Shown in pieces: positions 25,568-38,707 of a stretch of DNA of 64,000 nucleotides (positions are counted from its first letter, which is position 1; the number at the start of each line of letters is the position of its first letter). A program made the position numbers and the translations under genes. The notes beneath the pieces were generated by a model. It did not search any database. It worked only from the letters and a program-made list of their open reading frames with translations, and was not told the DNA's origin. Source of the stretch: Geosiphon pyriformis uo1 (Eukaryota > Fungi > Glomeromycota). Location: positions 309,410 to 373,409 of the forward strand of contig JAAOMT010000484.1 of assembly GCA_016748015.1 (NCBI GenBank), given 5' to 3'.

Positions 25568-27949
25568 TAGAAATCAGAATATTAGACACAGCTGGCTTTA
25601 AGGATATACCTTTGCCAATGGACATTGGGTATTAGATCTAATAGAACCGAGGTTAATAGAAGATAGTGTAATAATTGACATTTAGACATTTATATTCATC
25701 TTTAGCCAGTGATTTCAGCATTTTTTCACCTAGACTAAATCATCTTTGTACTATTCGTTGATTCGAGTAGCTGGTAAAATAATCATTAGTTTTTAGAAAT
25801 GCAAGTTTCAACATCAAATAACAAAAATAAAGTTTTAGGCTAACATTAAGCCAATTTGAAAAATTATAAAAGAGTTTTTTCGCTTGAATGGAATCTAAAT
25901 TTACCATAACGTTATGTGTGATAAATATTTTTATTGATATATCTGACTGATTTGCTCTGACTTCAACAAAAAGGATATAGAATCGAAAAACTATCAAGTT
26001 ACAAGCCAATAATAATGTTAATTACGGCCTTAGGCGAGATATTTGTCAAAGAAATTTAAAGAATCAAAAATTATTTGAAACACACATCACATATATCTTC
26101 AAATGAAAAGATCCCGATTATGAATTAAAGCCCGCAGCAAGAGTCTTTTTAAAAGGAGATTGTCAAATACTTTAAATAATATTAATTTAGTTTTAATGAT
26201 TAAAAATTTTGTTTTTGAATAATCAAATTTTAATTATAATTATATTTTCATTATTAAGCTTTAAATATTTATATAAATAGTTATGTTTACAATTTTAGCT
26301 GGGTGGGGTTGATTCAATTCACTTAATTAGGCAGAATTTTCATAAACTTTAACCCAGGTCTTGGCTAACTTCAAAAGGAAATATCAAAGAATTAGTATTT
26401 CTAGACTTGATAACGATCCTTCCCAGTAATTTTTTTCTTTTAAAAAATAGTTAGCATGATATGGGAATATAATCTTAACTATATTTGATTTTAAATTTTC
26501 CGATGATAGAATAAGAAAAAAAAATTTTGGGTAAAATAAAAAACCAACCCAATCAAAAAAAAATTACTCTGGAAAGAAAATTTAATTTTTTTTAAAAAAA
26601 TGATGTAGCTTTTCTCAGCCGTTTATTTTAATCATTACCTCTTGATTATTTCAATATTTTTATCTTTTTTTATTTTACTTATAAAGAGTTCATCAATGAA
26701 TTAAACGGTATACCCAATTAATTCAAAGAGACTTTATTTCGGTCATAACATATTCCATTTCCATCAAGATGGAATAATTATGCTAGAATGTCAAGTTTTA
26801 GATTATCATTATAACGCATACTTTAAGCTTACACCTAATGGTCAATTGTCTATAAACGAAGAAAAAAATTATGGAGATAAGAGTAAAATATCTTTTTAAC
26901 TCTAAATAACTCTTTATTTATAAAAATTTTTTAATTTTAAAAACAAAAAATAATATTGATAATGCATGACGCTTTATCTAGTGGTATAGAATTAGGTACA
27001 GGTGACAAGTCAGTAATAAGTAATATCCAGGATGACAAATTTCTTATCTCAAAAAAAAATTATTATTATTATTATGTAATAATTCAGGTACTTTTTAACT
27101 AAATGAAATTTTTAATGCTTGATTAGGATTAAATATCTCATATAATTATTTTCAAATAGGTTACTTATCATCGAAATACCTTCGCATACAATATTATTCC
27201 TCTAATAAGTCTTACCAATTTAAATATTCTATCTTTTCCACATTATATTACTTTAATATTTTTTACTTATTTCAATTATTATTAATATTTGAATATATAT
27301 ATATATATATATTTTAAAATATGAATTTTAAATAAAATAAAATTTTATTATTATTTATTCAAAATTTAATTAATTCAAAATTAATTATTAATATTTTTTA
27401 TTGTTATAATTTTTTTTTATAAAAATTGTAGTTTTTAAAATTTCTTAAAAATTATAAATACTTTTCAAAATTAAATTTATTTTGTAATGAAAAATTTTTG
27501 ATTTAATTATAAATTTTTTTTTTAAAATTATTATCATCAAAAATGTTTTTTTGTTTTTCTTTTAAATATTAAAAATTATTTAATTTTTAATTGTAATTGA
27601 AATTTTTTTAAGGTTTTAATTTTTTTTAGCAATTTATTTTTTTTAGATTATTATTAAAGTTTTTTTAAATTATTTGTATTTGCAATTACTTTAAAATTTA
27701 ATATTTTTTCTCTTTAGTTTTTTAATTATCAATACCAAATTATATGAATTTTATGTAAATTTAAAACAATAACAACAACAACATATTTTATTAAAATCAA
27801 ACTTGTTAATTTTTAAGAATGTTTTTAAAATATTTGGTAAAATCTAGTTGTTAAGTTAAAGTTTATTGGCTTTTAATAATATGTTTTTGTTTAGTTTAAA
27901 AATTTTGAATCTGTTAATTTTTTTTTTATTAATTAATATTATTCAACAA

Positions 27950-28170
27950 AAATTAATAAATAATTATAATAATAATATAATAATAAATTATAATAATATA
28001 ATATAAACAATAAAATAATAAATTATAATAATATAATATAAACAATAAAATAATAAATTATAAACGATAAAATAATAAATTATAATAATATAATATAAAT
28101 GATAAAATAATAAATTATAATAATATAGTATAAACAATAAATTAATAAAATATAATAATATAATATACAA
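27950..28170. repeat. AT-rich minisatellite (taaacaataaaataataaattataataatata-like units)
   Basis: Several imperfect tandem units. Confidence 0.7.
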
Positions 28171-30498
28171 TTACTTAAAAATTTGTTTTTTTAAAACCCA
28201 AAAAATGGTTTTCAATAAACAAATAATTATAATATAATTAAATTAATAATAATTTTTTTTGTATTATTTTTAAAATATGTATATATATAAAATAGTTTTT
28301 AACTTGAAAAAAATTTTTTTTATTAAATTTATCTTTTTTCAGATTACTATTTTTTTAATAAAATTTCATTAAAAAAATTAATTCTACTTTAAAATAAAAA
28401 TTATTATTTATTACAATTCTTATTATTAATAAAAATAATTAAAATTCACTTATCTTTCGTCAATGTTTATAATTTGACTTTAAATTCAAAATTTTAATAA
28501 TTTAAAAATTACTAATTGTTTTATTTTATTGAAGTTTACTAATTTTATTATCAAAAAAAAAAGAATATCACTTACATAATAAAGGTGAAAAATGTATTCA
28601 AACATCTAAGAATTTGAAATATTTAGAAAAAGATATCCAGGATCTGTTTCAAAAGAAAACACAAACAGAAGTGTGAAAGTTTGAGAATTCTTCTTAAAGA
28701 CAAAATATTAAAAGAACTAATATACAAAAATGTTATTTTAGTGTTTTGAAAATGACAAGTTTGTGATATCTCTAATACGAGATTGTTTTATTGTCATTTA
28801 TTTAATCTAGTGTCCTGATTTAGAAGTTTGAAAATATTTATTACTTTTGATTTTGTGAAGATTAGCTTACCATGAATAATATCTTCAATAAAAATTTATG
28901 TAGTACATCTGTTTCCAAATCGGAAATAAACATAATTAGCTGGAGATATTCGCCGCCATTGTACCTTATTGACTACCTTTGAGTTTATAATAATTGTAAC
29001 GCCTGCACACGTTCCTATGCTAGTACGATATTAATCAATGTCCAGTATAGTGGAACAATCGTACACACCTTGAAATGCATTCCCAAATGCGATTACAGTA
29101 TTTGAGCTCCTTTGGCGAGTCGCATGCAGAACTTATGCAATGAGTTTTGTCTTTGAATGTAAATTTTCCACAGCAGTCATCCCTGCTGTTGTTGACTAAA
29201 AAACCAAGCCTTCTTAAAGATTAAAGATGACGTAGGGGGATAGACATGAATGGTGCTTCTTCGATGTGAGCATATTGCGAGTCCACGGTTTTACAACTGG
29301 ATCACAAAACTTATTTTTTTTTCTTTCCTCTTCTATAACTTGCATTTTGTACTAATCTAGGATTATACGAAATGCAAAAAATCTTTGATTGTGCATTAAA
29401 TACAAATGCCCTATTCCACAAAGCGTCTGATCACTATACTACTTTTTTTGATCTTTTATAAAGAACAGCCAGACCATCATTATCTATAGCGATAAAGATG
29501 TGACGAAGAGAAGAATCATAAAGACTCGGTTGCGTTTGAATTGTAAATGTTTCTCAAAGGTGATAGCGATATTATAAAGCCAAGGAAGATACTCTTGGAA
29601 CTTTTTTTTTTTTTCAATATATTCACATTTATTGGAAGACCATAATATAAGAAGATATCAAAGATAAAGGTTTGAAATTTTTTTTTTTTTTGATTGTTCA
29701 ACCGAGTCCAGAACCTTTCACCTTTTTTTTTGAATGAAGTATGTTGCTAACCTATTACAAAAAAATAAAGATAATACTAATAATAATCTTATAAGCCATT
29801 TGAAAGAAATTCTTTATTGACTAAATAAAGATTATAATATTATGTTAATATGATCAACAAACTATTTACCTTTGAAAACCAACCAACCAACCAACCAACC
29901 AACCTGCTGTGAGAATGCTTTTTTGAAATTCATTTACAATAAATAATTTTGTGTATATTTGGGTCATATGGTCTTTTTTTGGCCAAAATATTTCTTCAGA
30001 ACGTTGTGGAATATATAGTCGTTGGAAGACATTAGTTAAATTCAGTATAGTTTCAAAGAAAGCTGAGATGATGATATGTTATTCTTTTTAAAAACAGAGA
30101 CTATCTACATAGCTTGATAGAAGAAAGTTTGGAATGAGAGGTTACGTCAAAGATGATCAAATAGGAAAAGGTTGAGCAGTCTCATAGGATATTTTGTGAC
30201 TTTTTATGATAATCATACAGGATCTTGGGAAAATTAGTCTTTTTACAGTAAAAATGTGTTGATTTATTTAAAACTTTTTTTTTTCTTTAGCTCTATTAAA
30301 TCAAGTCTTTGGGAAGTTTTCTGGCTCATATTTTCATTTAATTACCGTAGTGAGACGTACTGAAAATGATATATTACGAGGAAAAAGCTTTTGATCATTC
30401 TTTTTCTTATATATCTTAATATGAGCTTAAAAAATGTTTTTATATATGAAAAGAAAAGAAAAAATAATAATAAAAATAATAATAATAATAAAAATAAA

Positions 30499-30534
<36 letters not shown>

Positions 30535-31408
30535 TTATAAATACGGTCAAATTCTTATCTCAAGCCAATATTTTGACTATTAATTAACCACAAAACTAAT
30601 GAAATATGTGTAGCTTGTGTTTCGAAAAAATTGAACATTAATTGTGAGTTAATTAAATTTTTCTTTATAAAGGACAAAAGTTGTGTACCAAAGATTTAAT
30701 GAACCAACCATATTTTTTATAATTTTTTATAATTTTAAAAAATTTACTTTTTAATTTTTGATTACATAGTTAATTAGAAATAATTTTTTATTATTATCAT
30801 TATCTTCTAGAAAGTCAGTTTTATTAATTAAACATTCTTAATTAATTGTTAACCTCGAAATTTAGAAAACCTTTTAAGAAGTCAATTTATTTAATATGAA
30901 AAAATATCAAGAGTTCTATAATTGCGAATCTTTATCAAAAAAAAAAAAACTTTTTCATCAAAAAAATTTACTACCACGAAATGACCATGAAATTTGTTCT
31001 AAATAGAATAGAATTGGGAAAAAGAGATTTCTTGTTCAGCATGACATGTTGATTATTTTTAGATTTTTTTGACCGTTGTTACTTGGCATGTCAAAACATT
31101 ACAAGCTTTCCTAGCCACAAGTTAAACAAATATTTGCCACTCTGTTTTTCCTTTCTACGACAAAATGTACAGAAAATCAAAAAAGAATATTAAAATATGA
31201 AACTTATTGGCTCTTTGGAATATCACATTTTTCTGATCGTCATTTCATTATCGAATAAAGTAATTGGTACGCCCATGTTTCATTCTAAATAGAATAAACA
31301 AAACTTTATTTCATATCAGTTTACCCCAAAGACTAATCTGCGAGACCACATTAAATGCATAAATTCGAATGACTAATAAAAGAAGGTGAAGATCAAAAAG
31401 CAATCAAG

Positions 31409-31415
31409 TATAAAT
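31409..31415 (+). promoter_or_regulatory. Putative TATA box of the 107-aa gene
   Basis: TATAAAT 222 nt upstream of ATG 31631. Confidence 0.4.
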
Positions 31416-31486
31416 TGCGGACTGGAATGAGTAGTGCGTGAAAAATATTGGTACTTTTTACCTTGATTTTTTTTTTGAAAATTTCC

Positions 31487-31562
31487 ACTTTCCTTCCCTT
31501 CCTTTACTTTACTTTACTTTACTTTACTTTACTTTACTTTACTTTCCTTTCCTTTCCTTTCC
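31487..31562 (+). repeat. (CTTTA)n/(CTTTC)n pentanucleotide repeat in the presumed 5' UTR
   Basis: Direct reading. Confidence 0.88.
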
Positions 31563-31630
31563 ACGAACCTACCACCAACTAAAAATCAAACTAATCTTTG
31601 AATACATTGATTGAAACATAATCTCAAAAC

Positions 31631-31954
31631 ATGCAACAAAACACAAAAATGACTCACTGTCTCTTCACCGCTATTCTAATCTTCACAATACTTTTAATAA
31701 CATCTACCCTCTTTGTAAACTCATCCCCAATCACAATTACACCCGCACAACAAGCCGATGAAAACCGAAAAACAAATCCCACTATAGCCGCTCTAACGCT
31801 TCGTGACTTTATTCAGAAACGGTCGGAGGAAACTTTGATTTATAGTTTTGATAAACGGGATAATGGCATGACATTTGAATTTAAGAGGTCGGGAAATCCT
31901 ATTGATTGGGAAACAGAGGAAAAATATTGTGAAGAGGAAAGGTTGTGGTGTTAA
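31631..31954 (+). CDS. Small secreted peptide precursor with three Kex2-type KR sites (KEP-like)
   Basis: Signal peptide (CLFTAILIFTILLITSTLFVNS|SP), pro-region, then KR-SEETLIYSFD-KR-DNGMTFEF-KR-SGNPIDWETEEKYCEEERLWC. Start could be Met1 or Met7. Confidence 0.8.
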   Translation: MQQNTKMTHCLFTAILIFTILLITSTLFVNSSPITITPAQQADENRKTNPTIAALTLRDFIQKRSEETLIYSFDKRDNGMTFEFKRSGNPIDWETEEKYCEEERLWC

Positions 31955-34900
31955 CTCTCGAGAAATTGACTTTATCAACTAATTAGAATATAATTAATTA
32001 AATCTACTTAATCCTTGTAATTTTATAATTTCACCAGAGAGAAAGACCCGGTTGATTTTTAATTAATAGTTTTCTGTTTTGAATACCTATTGCATTTTTT
32101 AGAATCACTTTTCATCTTTATTGTAAATTTAGCTAATGCTCTTTAATAATATTTAGAAATTATCACAATTAATATCATAGAATTCTAGTAGAACCACTCA
32201 TTAGAACATTCAAAGCTTTACCAGTTCATCCATTCTATCTTTATTAATATCACCTCATAGTAAACAAAAAAGATTCACCAGAATTTGGAAAAAAAATATA
32301 TATATTTCCAAATGACGTAAATATATTTGAAATTGAGCTTGAATTATTATTTTTTTTTTTGGGGGGGGGGGAGGGCGGGGGGAAAGCTCATCATCTAGAT
32401 CATTGATTATTTTTGTTATCAATCATTCTTGCTCCATAGGGGGGATTATTAATTTCCGTTAAAGCTATTAATAAAACTTTTGAGTTTCAAAGTCCGAAAT
32501 AATTGATCCAATTGATGAAAAAATTAAATGAATTTATAAAGCCTTCAAAATTTAAAATGAAAATTATGATATTATTTTTTTTTTTAATTTGGATTTCAAA
32601 AATAATTATGTATCTTTAAATATTATTTTTGTTTTTTTTTTAAATTAATATTAAATAATAACTAAATAATTTCTTCACTTGAATAAAAAAACATTTCTTA
32701 TTCTTTAAAATTATAATATTTAATAAAAACATAAACTATTTAACTTGAAAATAATCTAAAATTTAATTTGTATTATTTAATATAATTATTTCTAATTATG
32801 TATTTTAATTGTTGTTTAGTTTTGTTAATTTTAAATAAAAACAATATAAAACTGTTTTTTTATAAAGTTTGTATTTCTTGAAATTAAGCTTGATAATTTA
32901 TTTTTTCATTATATATATTTAAATTTTTAAACCTGTTGTAATTTAAAATTAGTCTTTTTTTTACTGTTATTATATTTTGTTATATTTATTTTTGAAATTT
33001 TTATTAACATAAATTATTTTTGAAATTTTTATTATCAATTAAATTAAATTATTTTTTAATATATTTAACTTTATTTATTTATTTATTATTATTAACCTAA
33101 ATTATTTATAATTTTTATATTTTTTTTTTGCGATTGTTTTTATAAATAAAATTAAATAACATTTGATAATTTTAATTGATTAATTAATTATAAAAATTTA
33201 AAAATGAAATTAAATATTATATAATTTATTAAGTTTAAACCAATTTATTTATTTTTTGTTAAAAAAATCTATTAAAAAATAAATAAATAAATAAATATAT
33301 TAATTTTTTAATAATCATCTTTTAATTTTAATTTTATATTAAATAATTATATTATTATTATTTTTTATGTCTGAATTAAAATTATAATTTTACAATCAAT
33401 GTATTTTAAAATAAAATTAGTAAAAATATTTAAAATAAAAATAAAAATAAAAATATTCAAATTTATAAAACTAGAAATCGGTATTATTACTATTATTATT
33501 ATTATTATTATTATTATCGCTATTTAAATTAAATCTTAAAATACTTTAGTATTTATTGCCAATTTTATTTTAATATTAAAAAAAATTATTTTTATTTTTA
33601 TTAAGCTGAGAAAATTTTGTTTTAAATATTAAATATTCTGCTGTTAGAAAAAAAAAAACTCATCAAGTAAAAATAATTTATTTTAAATAATATTAAAGAT
33701 TCTAGAAGAATTTTATTTTTTAAAATCAAAAAAAAAAATTATTTACATTAAGTTAAACAAAAAATTTTTCAATTAAATTAACAGTATTATTTTAAATTTT
33801 AATATAAAATTTGTATACTGTTAACAAATTAAAATTTGAGGATAAAAATTATTTTTAATTTTTAATATTTTAATACTTGAAATAAATACAATTTATTAAA
33901 AAAAAATTCTTTTGTTTAAACCATTTCACAATTAAACACTGTTTAAAAAAAGTAATAACTTTATTAAACAAAAAGCGACAACAAAATTTAAAAAATTTGA
34001 AACTTATTACTATAATAAAAAGCATTTAAGAAATAAATAGCTAAATTTACTAACATTAATTAAAAATTAAAAATTAAATAAATACTTTTGATTACCAAAA
34101 TTATTTTATTAATAATGTTTGCATGTAAAAAAAATTCTTGTTGCTTTTCAGTTTTTTTTTTGTTCATTAAATATAATCTCAAATTGCAAGTTTGTCAATT
34201 GTTAATTTTATAATAGCTTAAAAACCAAATGTTAAAATTTTGATTTTTTCTGTAAAGTTATTAAATAATATAAGAAAAAATTACTAATTAAATCAATAAA
34301 TTTGTTAAAGTTTTTATTATTGTTGTTAATATTATAATTAATAAAGTTTTTATAAAAATAAACAACATAATTATTAATAATTAATCAAACATATTTTTTA
34401 ATATTAATAAATATTAAAAATATAAAAAAGGTGATTTAAAAAATTACTGATAAAAATTAATTCTCGCAGAATTTGTTTTGTTGCATACCAATTTTTTTTA
34501 TAAACAATCAAATATAAAAAATTTTTATGTGCGATATTAAAAGTATAAACAATACGACAAACAATTTGATATAATAGAAAAAACAAAAACAATTAACAAG
34601 ATTACAATTATTACAAAGGTTTACAAAACATTATTAACAAAAATCTTGAATAGTATTGGTAATTAGTGACTTAAGCAATTAATATTAAATTTAATTAAAT
34701 GATAGTTATTGGTTTTTGTTTTTGTAATGATAAAAAAAAGAAGTTGTGTTTTAAAAATTTTTTTAAGTATTCAAAATTAATTAAAGCTTGATAAATTAAT
34801 AATTGAACTTGTTAAGTAATGAGCTGAATTGTTTAAAAAATTAATTAAACAATCCATAAAAACTGATTAAACAAAATATTTTTGATTATAATAATGCTAT

Positions 34901-35165
34901 AAATTATACAAAAGTTTAATGATTAAAATATTAGAATCAACCAAGATAAAAGCTTCAGAATAAATATAATTTTGAATAATAAATTTTTAATACTAGCAAG
35001 TTAATTTAACTTTCTATAGATTATATATACAGTTTATTAATAAAGAATTGAAATAAAAACTATCATTACTTCGTTAAAGAATAAATTTAAATAAGTTGAG
35101 ACAAAATTATTTAATTTTAGTGTATTTATTAATAAGTACATGTTTAATAAATTCCAACATCATTT

Positions 35166-37273
35166 TTAGGGGTAAATATTATAATTTTGTAAATCTGTTT
35201 CACCTGTTTCATCTATCGGAGGTAATAAATGAGGTGACGTTGAATAATCTGAATTATGGTATGGGAGTTCCACAATATTTGGTACTTGGTCTGTATTTGA
35301 TTTCTCTTCTTTAGCGGCAAGATTCCGCAATTTTTTTAAATGAGAATAATCAACAATGTATTCGCGTAGGAACATTTCCAACACATTAAATCTAGCTTCT
35401 AGATGTCTAAATGCTGGATCTTGTGATTGTGGAGTATTATGAGAGGATGCAAATTTTGCTTGACTCACCAGTGGAATTATAGGGAATGTTTTCCGAAGGT
35501 GGGCCGATGATTTTCGAGCGAATACGCAGCAAAATATTTGTGCACATCCAAAAGGACGTAATGCGTCAGTACCTTTGATTTGTGTAAAATTAAGGTACGA
35601 ATAATAATATAAAACTAGTTAGTCGAGAAAATAACTTTTTTTTATTTTTAAGTTTTGTAAATAACCAACCGAAAATCGCTGTGTAAGCCGCAGCTGCTAT
35701 GCTCCATGCTCCCCCAAACAAGGCAAAAGCACTCAGAGCCTAGATTTTTAGAAAAAACACATTTTTTAAAATGATCCCTGGTGAGCTAATATTTTATTGA
35801 CTAGAAACTTAAAACGGTTATATGAAAGAAAGATATTAAAAAGAATGCTCACAGTTTTTGATCTGTCCAATTAAATTAAAACAAAGTTTTCACGTAAAAC
35901 AGGATTAGAACCATTCAAAATATCTTTAAAGTTACCCAAATTTCTGAAAATATGCTTGCTTGCTTGATAACTTACCTCTGCTCTGTTTCAACTTTGACTA
36001 AAAAGCTCTGCGGAAGAAGATTTACCGTTCCATAGGCCGATGTATCATTTATTGATAAGGGCGAGGTGACTAATTCATTGAACATGAGTCATTAATATTG
36101 CCGATCAATTCACATTGAATAGGGGCATTTTAGTTGAAATCATGAATTCTTTAAAACTTACTAAGTACAGTGTTAACCCAAGGCTCGGTTTTGCGTTTTG
36201 GTGGAATACCCAAAGAATTTAGAGCACTAGGTTGGATAATTTCTTTTAATGACCTTGTGAATTCAACCATTGTATTCTTAATATGGCAACGAAGTAACGC
36301 AAAAGTCGATTAAGATTTTTTTTTACGTATATATGCATATATCCGAGCTTTTGATTTTTAATACTTACTGAACGATACTAAAAAAATTGTGATCACCATT
36401 AAAGTTGATTAATACATTTACTGCGTATATTCAAAAAAAAACCCCCCACATCAAAATGAGTTAAAGTCAAAAATACCTACAGCTAATGGAAATGTATTCA
36501 TCGCAAAAAGAGATAACAAATAAACTGAATCGTTTTTATATGAAGATATCGAATTTTTCAATTCTTCAAATTATTTTTACAGAAATCAAAATTAGATTCG
36601 AATTCGAGATAACAATCTGGGAAGTCTTTGACAGTCAAAGAACATACCTCCATCATATGCTTGAAATAACAAAACTCCAGGGCTATTTGCGTCAAATTTA
36701 GAAGAAGTAACAGTCACCCCAAATTGGATGCCATAAATTTGGTCTTTTCGAGTTAGTGGGTATGCTTTTAAACTTCCTTCGGGATTAACAAACATTCCGC
36801 TATAACGGTCTGAATTATCGTAACTAATGTAATCTTGACAAGAATTTCCAGGACTGCCATCTTTTTCAATAAAAAATCAAAAAAAGGAAAATTAATATTT
36901 GAAACTCGTTAAACATTCAAATAATAAAAAGTGAAGAGTATGGTGCTGCTTACTTAAAAATACAAATTCACAAGTAAGTTTGAAGGGGTATTCTAAACGA
37001 AAGTACATATCTGCCAAATTATGCTTTTTCATTAGCGACTTTTTAATAATATAAACTCCAGATTCTAAAGTAAAAATTACCTGGAATCGGCAAGTAATCA
37101 ACCAGCCTCGTTGATTGTTTCAGAACTGGGTTATCTCCGATAATATCAATCAACAAAATGGAAACGAAACCCAGCATCAGGCCTAAAAAGAGTACCATTA
37201 TAAATGCACGAAAAACGACCAGTTGTATGGGTTCACTAGAACGATGGTTTCGAAAAATTCGATTAAAATGCAT
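35166..37273 (-). CDS. Multi-exon (about 9-10) two-transmembrane protein of about 415 aa; uncharacterised family, possible PAC/DEG-ENaC-like fold
   Basis: Hand-spliced with GT-AG introns: 37273-37081, 37010-36954, ~36860-36648, ~36563-36481, ~36277-36163, ~36070-35976, micro-exon 35862-35853, 35739-35670, 35572-35166. TM1 LVVFRAFIMVLFLGLMLGFVSILLI; TM2 ALSAFALFGGAWSIAAAAYTAIFG; C-terminal LEARFNVLEMFLREYIVD. Middle junctions are less certain. Confidence 0.82.
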
Positions 37274-37316
37274 TTTTAAAATTGAGTTGCCTTAGATGAT
37301 ATGAGAGCTAATTTAT

Positions 37317-38707
37317 TGCTAAAAAATTTGAATAATTGAGAAGGAAAAAGAGAAATTGAAAAACTCTTTAGCAGGTTCTGAAGGGATTAATTTGGGCCTA
37401 TGAACCAACACAAATCCTTCTTAAGCCATCCGCACAGGCGGTCCTTATATTGCAGTCGTTGGTTAAATCGTCAACTTTTGAGTTAAAGAAAATGATTGGA
37501 GTTGAAGTATTAATTAAAGTGGAGAAAACGGCAACTTGATGATTATCAAATACAGATCTATCCAAATTTAATTCTACAAAAGTATTTTCATTGATATTAC
37601 CAGTTAAAGCTTTATCAGGTATCAATATCAATTAGGTTATTTTTTTAGGTATAATATATCAGAACTTTAAAGACAGACTCTTTAATTTTAATCACGGCTG
37701 ACAAAAAGGGAAACTGGACCTAGAATTGACATTAGTCTTATTATTAGTTTATCATAGAATTTAAGTCTATTCAAACTTTTCTAAATTCATGCTAAAAAAT
37801 TTGAATAATTGAGAAGGAAAAAGAGAAATTGAAAAACTCTTTAGCAGGTTCTGAAGGGATTAATTTGGGCAAACCCTTCTTAAGCCATCCGCACAGGCGG
37901 TCCTTATATTGCAGTCGTTGGTTAAATCGTCAACTTTTGAGTTACAGTAAGATCAAAGAAAATGATCGGAGTTGATCTTTCCTTCGATTCAAATTAAAGT
38001 GGAGAAAACATTTTCTGACGGCAACTTGATGATTATCAAATACAGATCTATCCAAATTTGATTCTACAAAAAAGTTATTGGGGTCGGATACTTTTGCGGC
38101 GCTGTAATAAAATCTGCAAGATGATTATCATTATGTAACAAATTATTGTAATAATAATAGGGAATTGCTAAATCGACCCACCCGCAACACGTGATATTAA
38201 TATATATAGAATTTTAATATTTATTTATTAGTAATTCTAATAAATTAAAAATAAAAAATAATTTTTTCTTATATAAAATTGAATATAGATTATATATTTA
38301 ATTTTTTATTATGCCTTAAGTAATTTATAGTGTTTTATAATTAAAAACACTTTTTTGTGGACAACCATAATATTCGTTAATATGTTCCTATATATAGTTG
38401 AATACGAAACTATGACGTAAAATGATATCACGTGTTGCGGGTGGGTCGATTTAGCAATTCCCTAATAATAAAGGGCAAATTTTTTTCTTCCTAATGTATT
38501 TTCATTGATATTACCCGTTAAAGCTTTATCAGGTATCAATATCAATTAGGTTATTTTTTTAGGTATAATATATCAGAACTTTAAAGACAGACTTTTTAAT
38601 TTTAATCACGGCTGATAAAAAGGGAAACTGAACCTAGAATTGATATTCGTCTTATTATTAGTTTATCATAGGATTTAAAGTCTATTCAAACTTTTCTAAA
38701 TTCATGC
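37317..38707. repeat. Tandem direct duplication (copy 1 ~37317-37790; copy 2 ~37790-38707 with an insertion)
   Basis: Both copies start gctaaaaaatttgaataattgagaaggaaaaagag and end tctattcaaacttttctaaattcatgc. Confidence 0.93.
38160..38462. mobile_element. MITE, 303 bp, with perfect 38-bp TIRs
   Basis: GGGAATTGCTAAATCGACCCACCCGCAACACGTGATAT (38160-38197) and its exact reverse complement (38425-38462). AT-rich non-coding interior; TAATAATA on both sides. Confidence 0.93.

Noticed and set aside
31631-31954. Plant peptide mimic (CLE, PSK, CEP) or CAAX pheromone
   Set aside because: No RxxPxGPxPxH, YIYTQ or CEP motif; the terminal Cys has no AAX.
37398-37631. 77-aa ORF inside the tandem duplication
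   Set aside because: Frame not preserved in copy 2; at best a fragment of a decayed gene.
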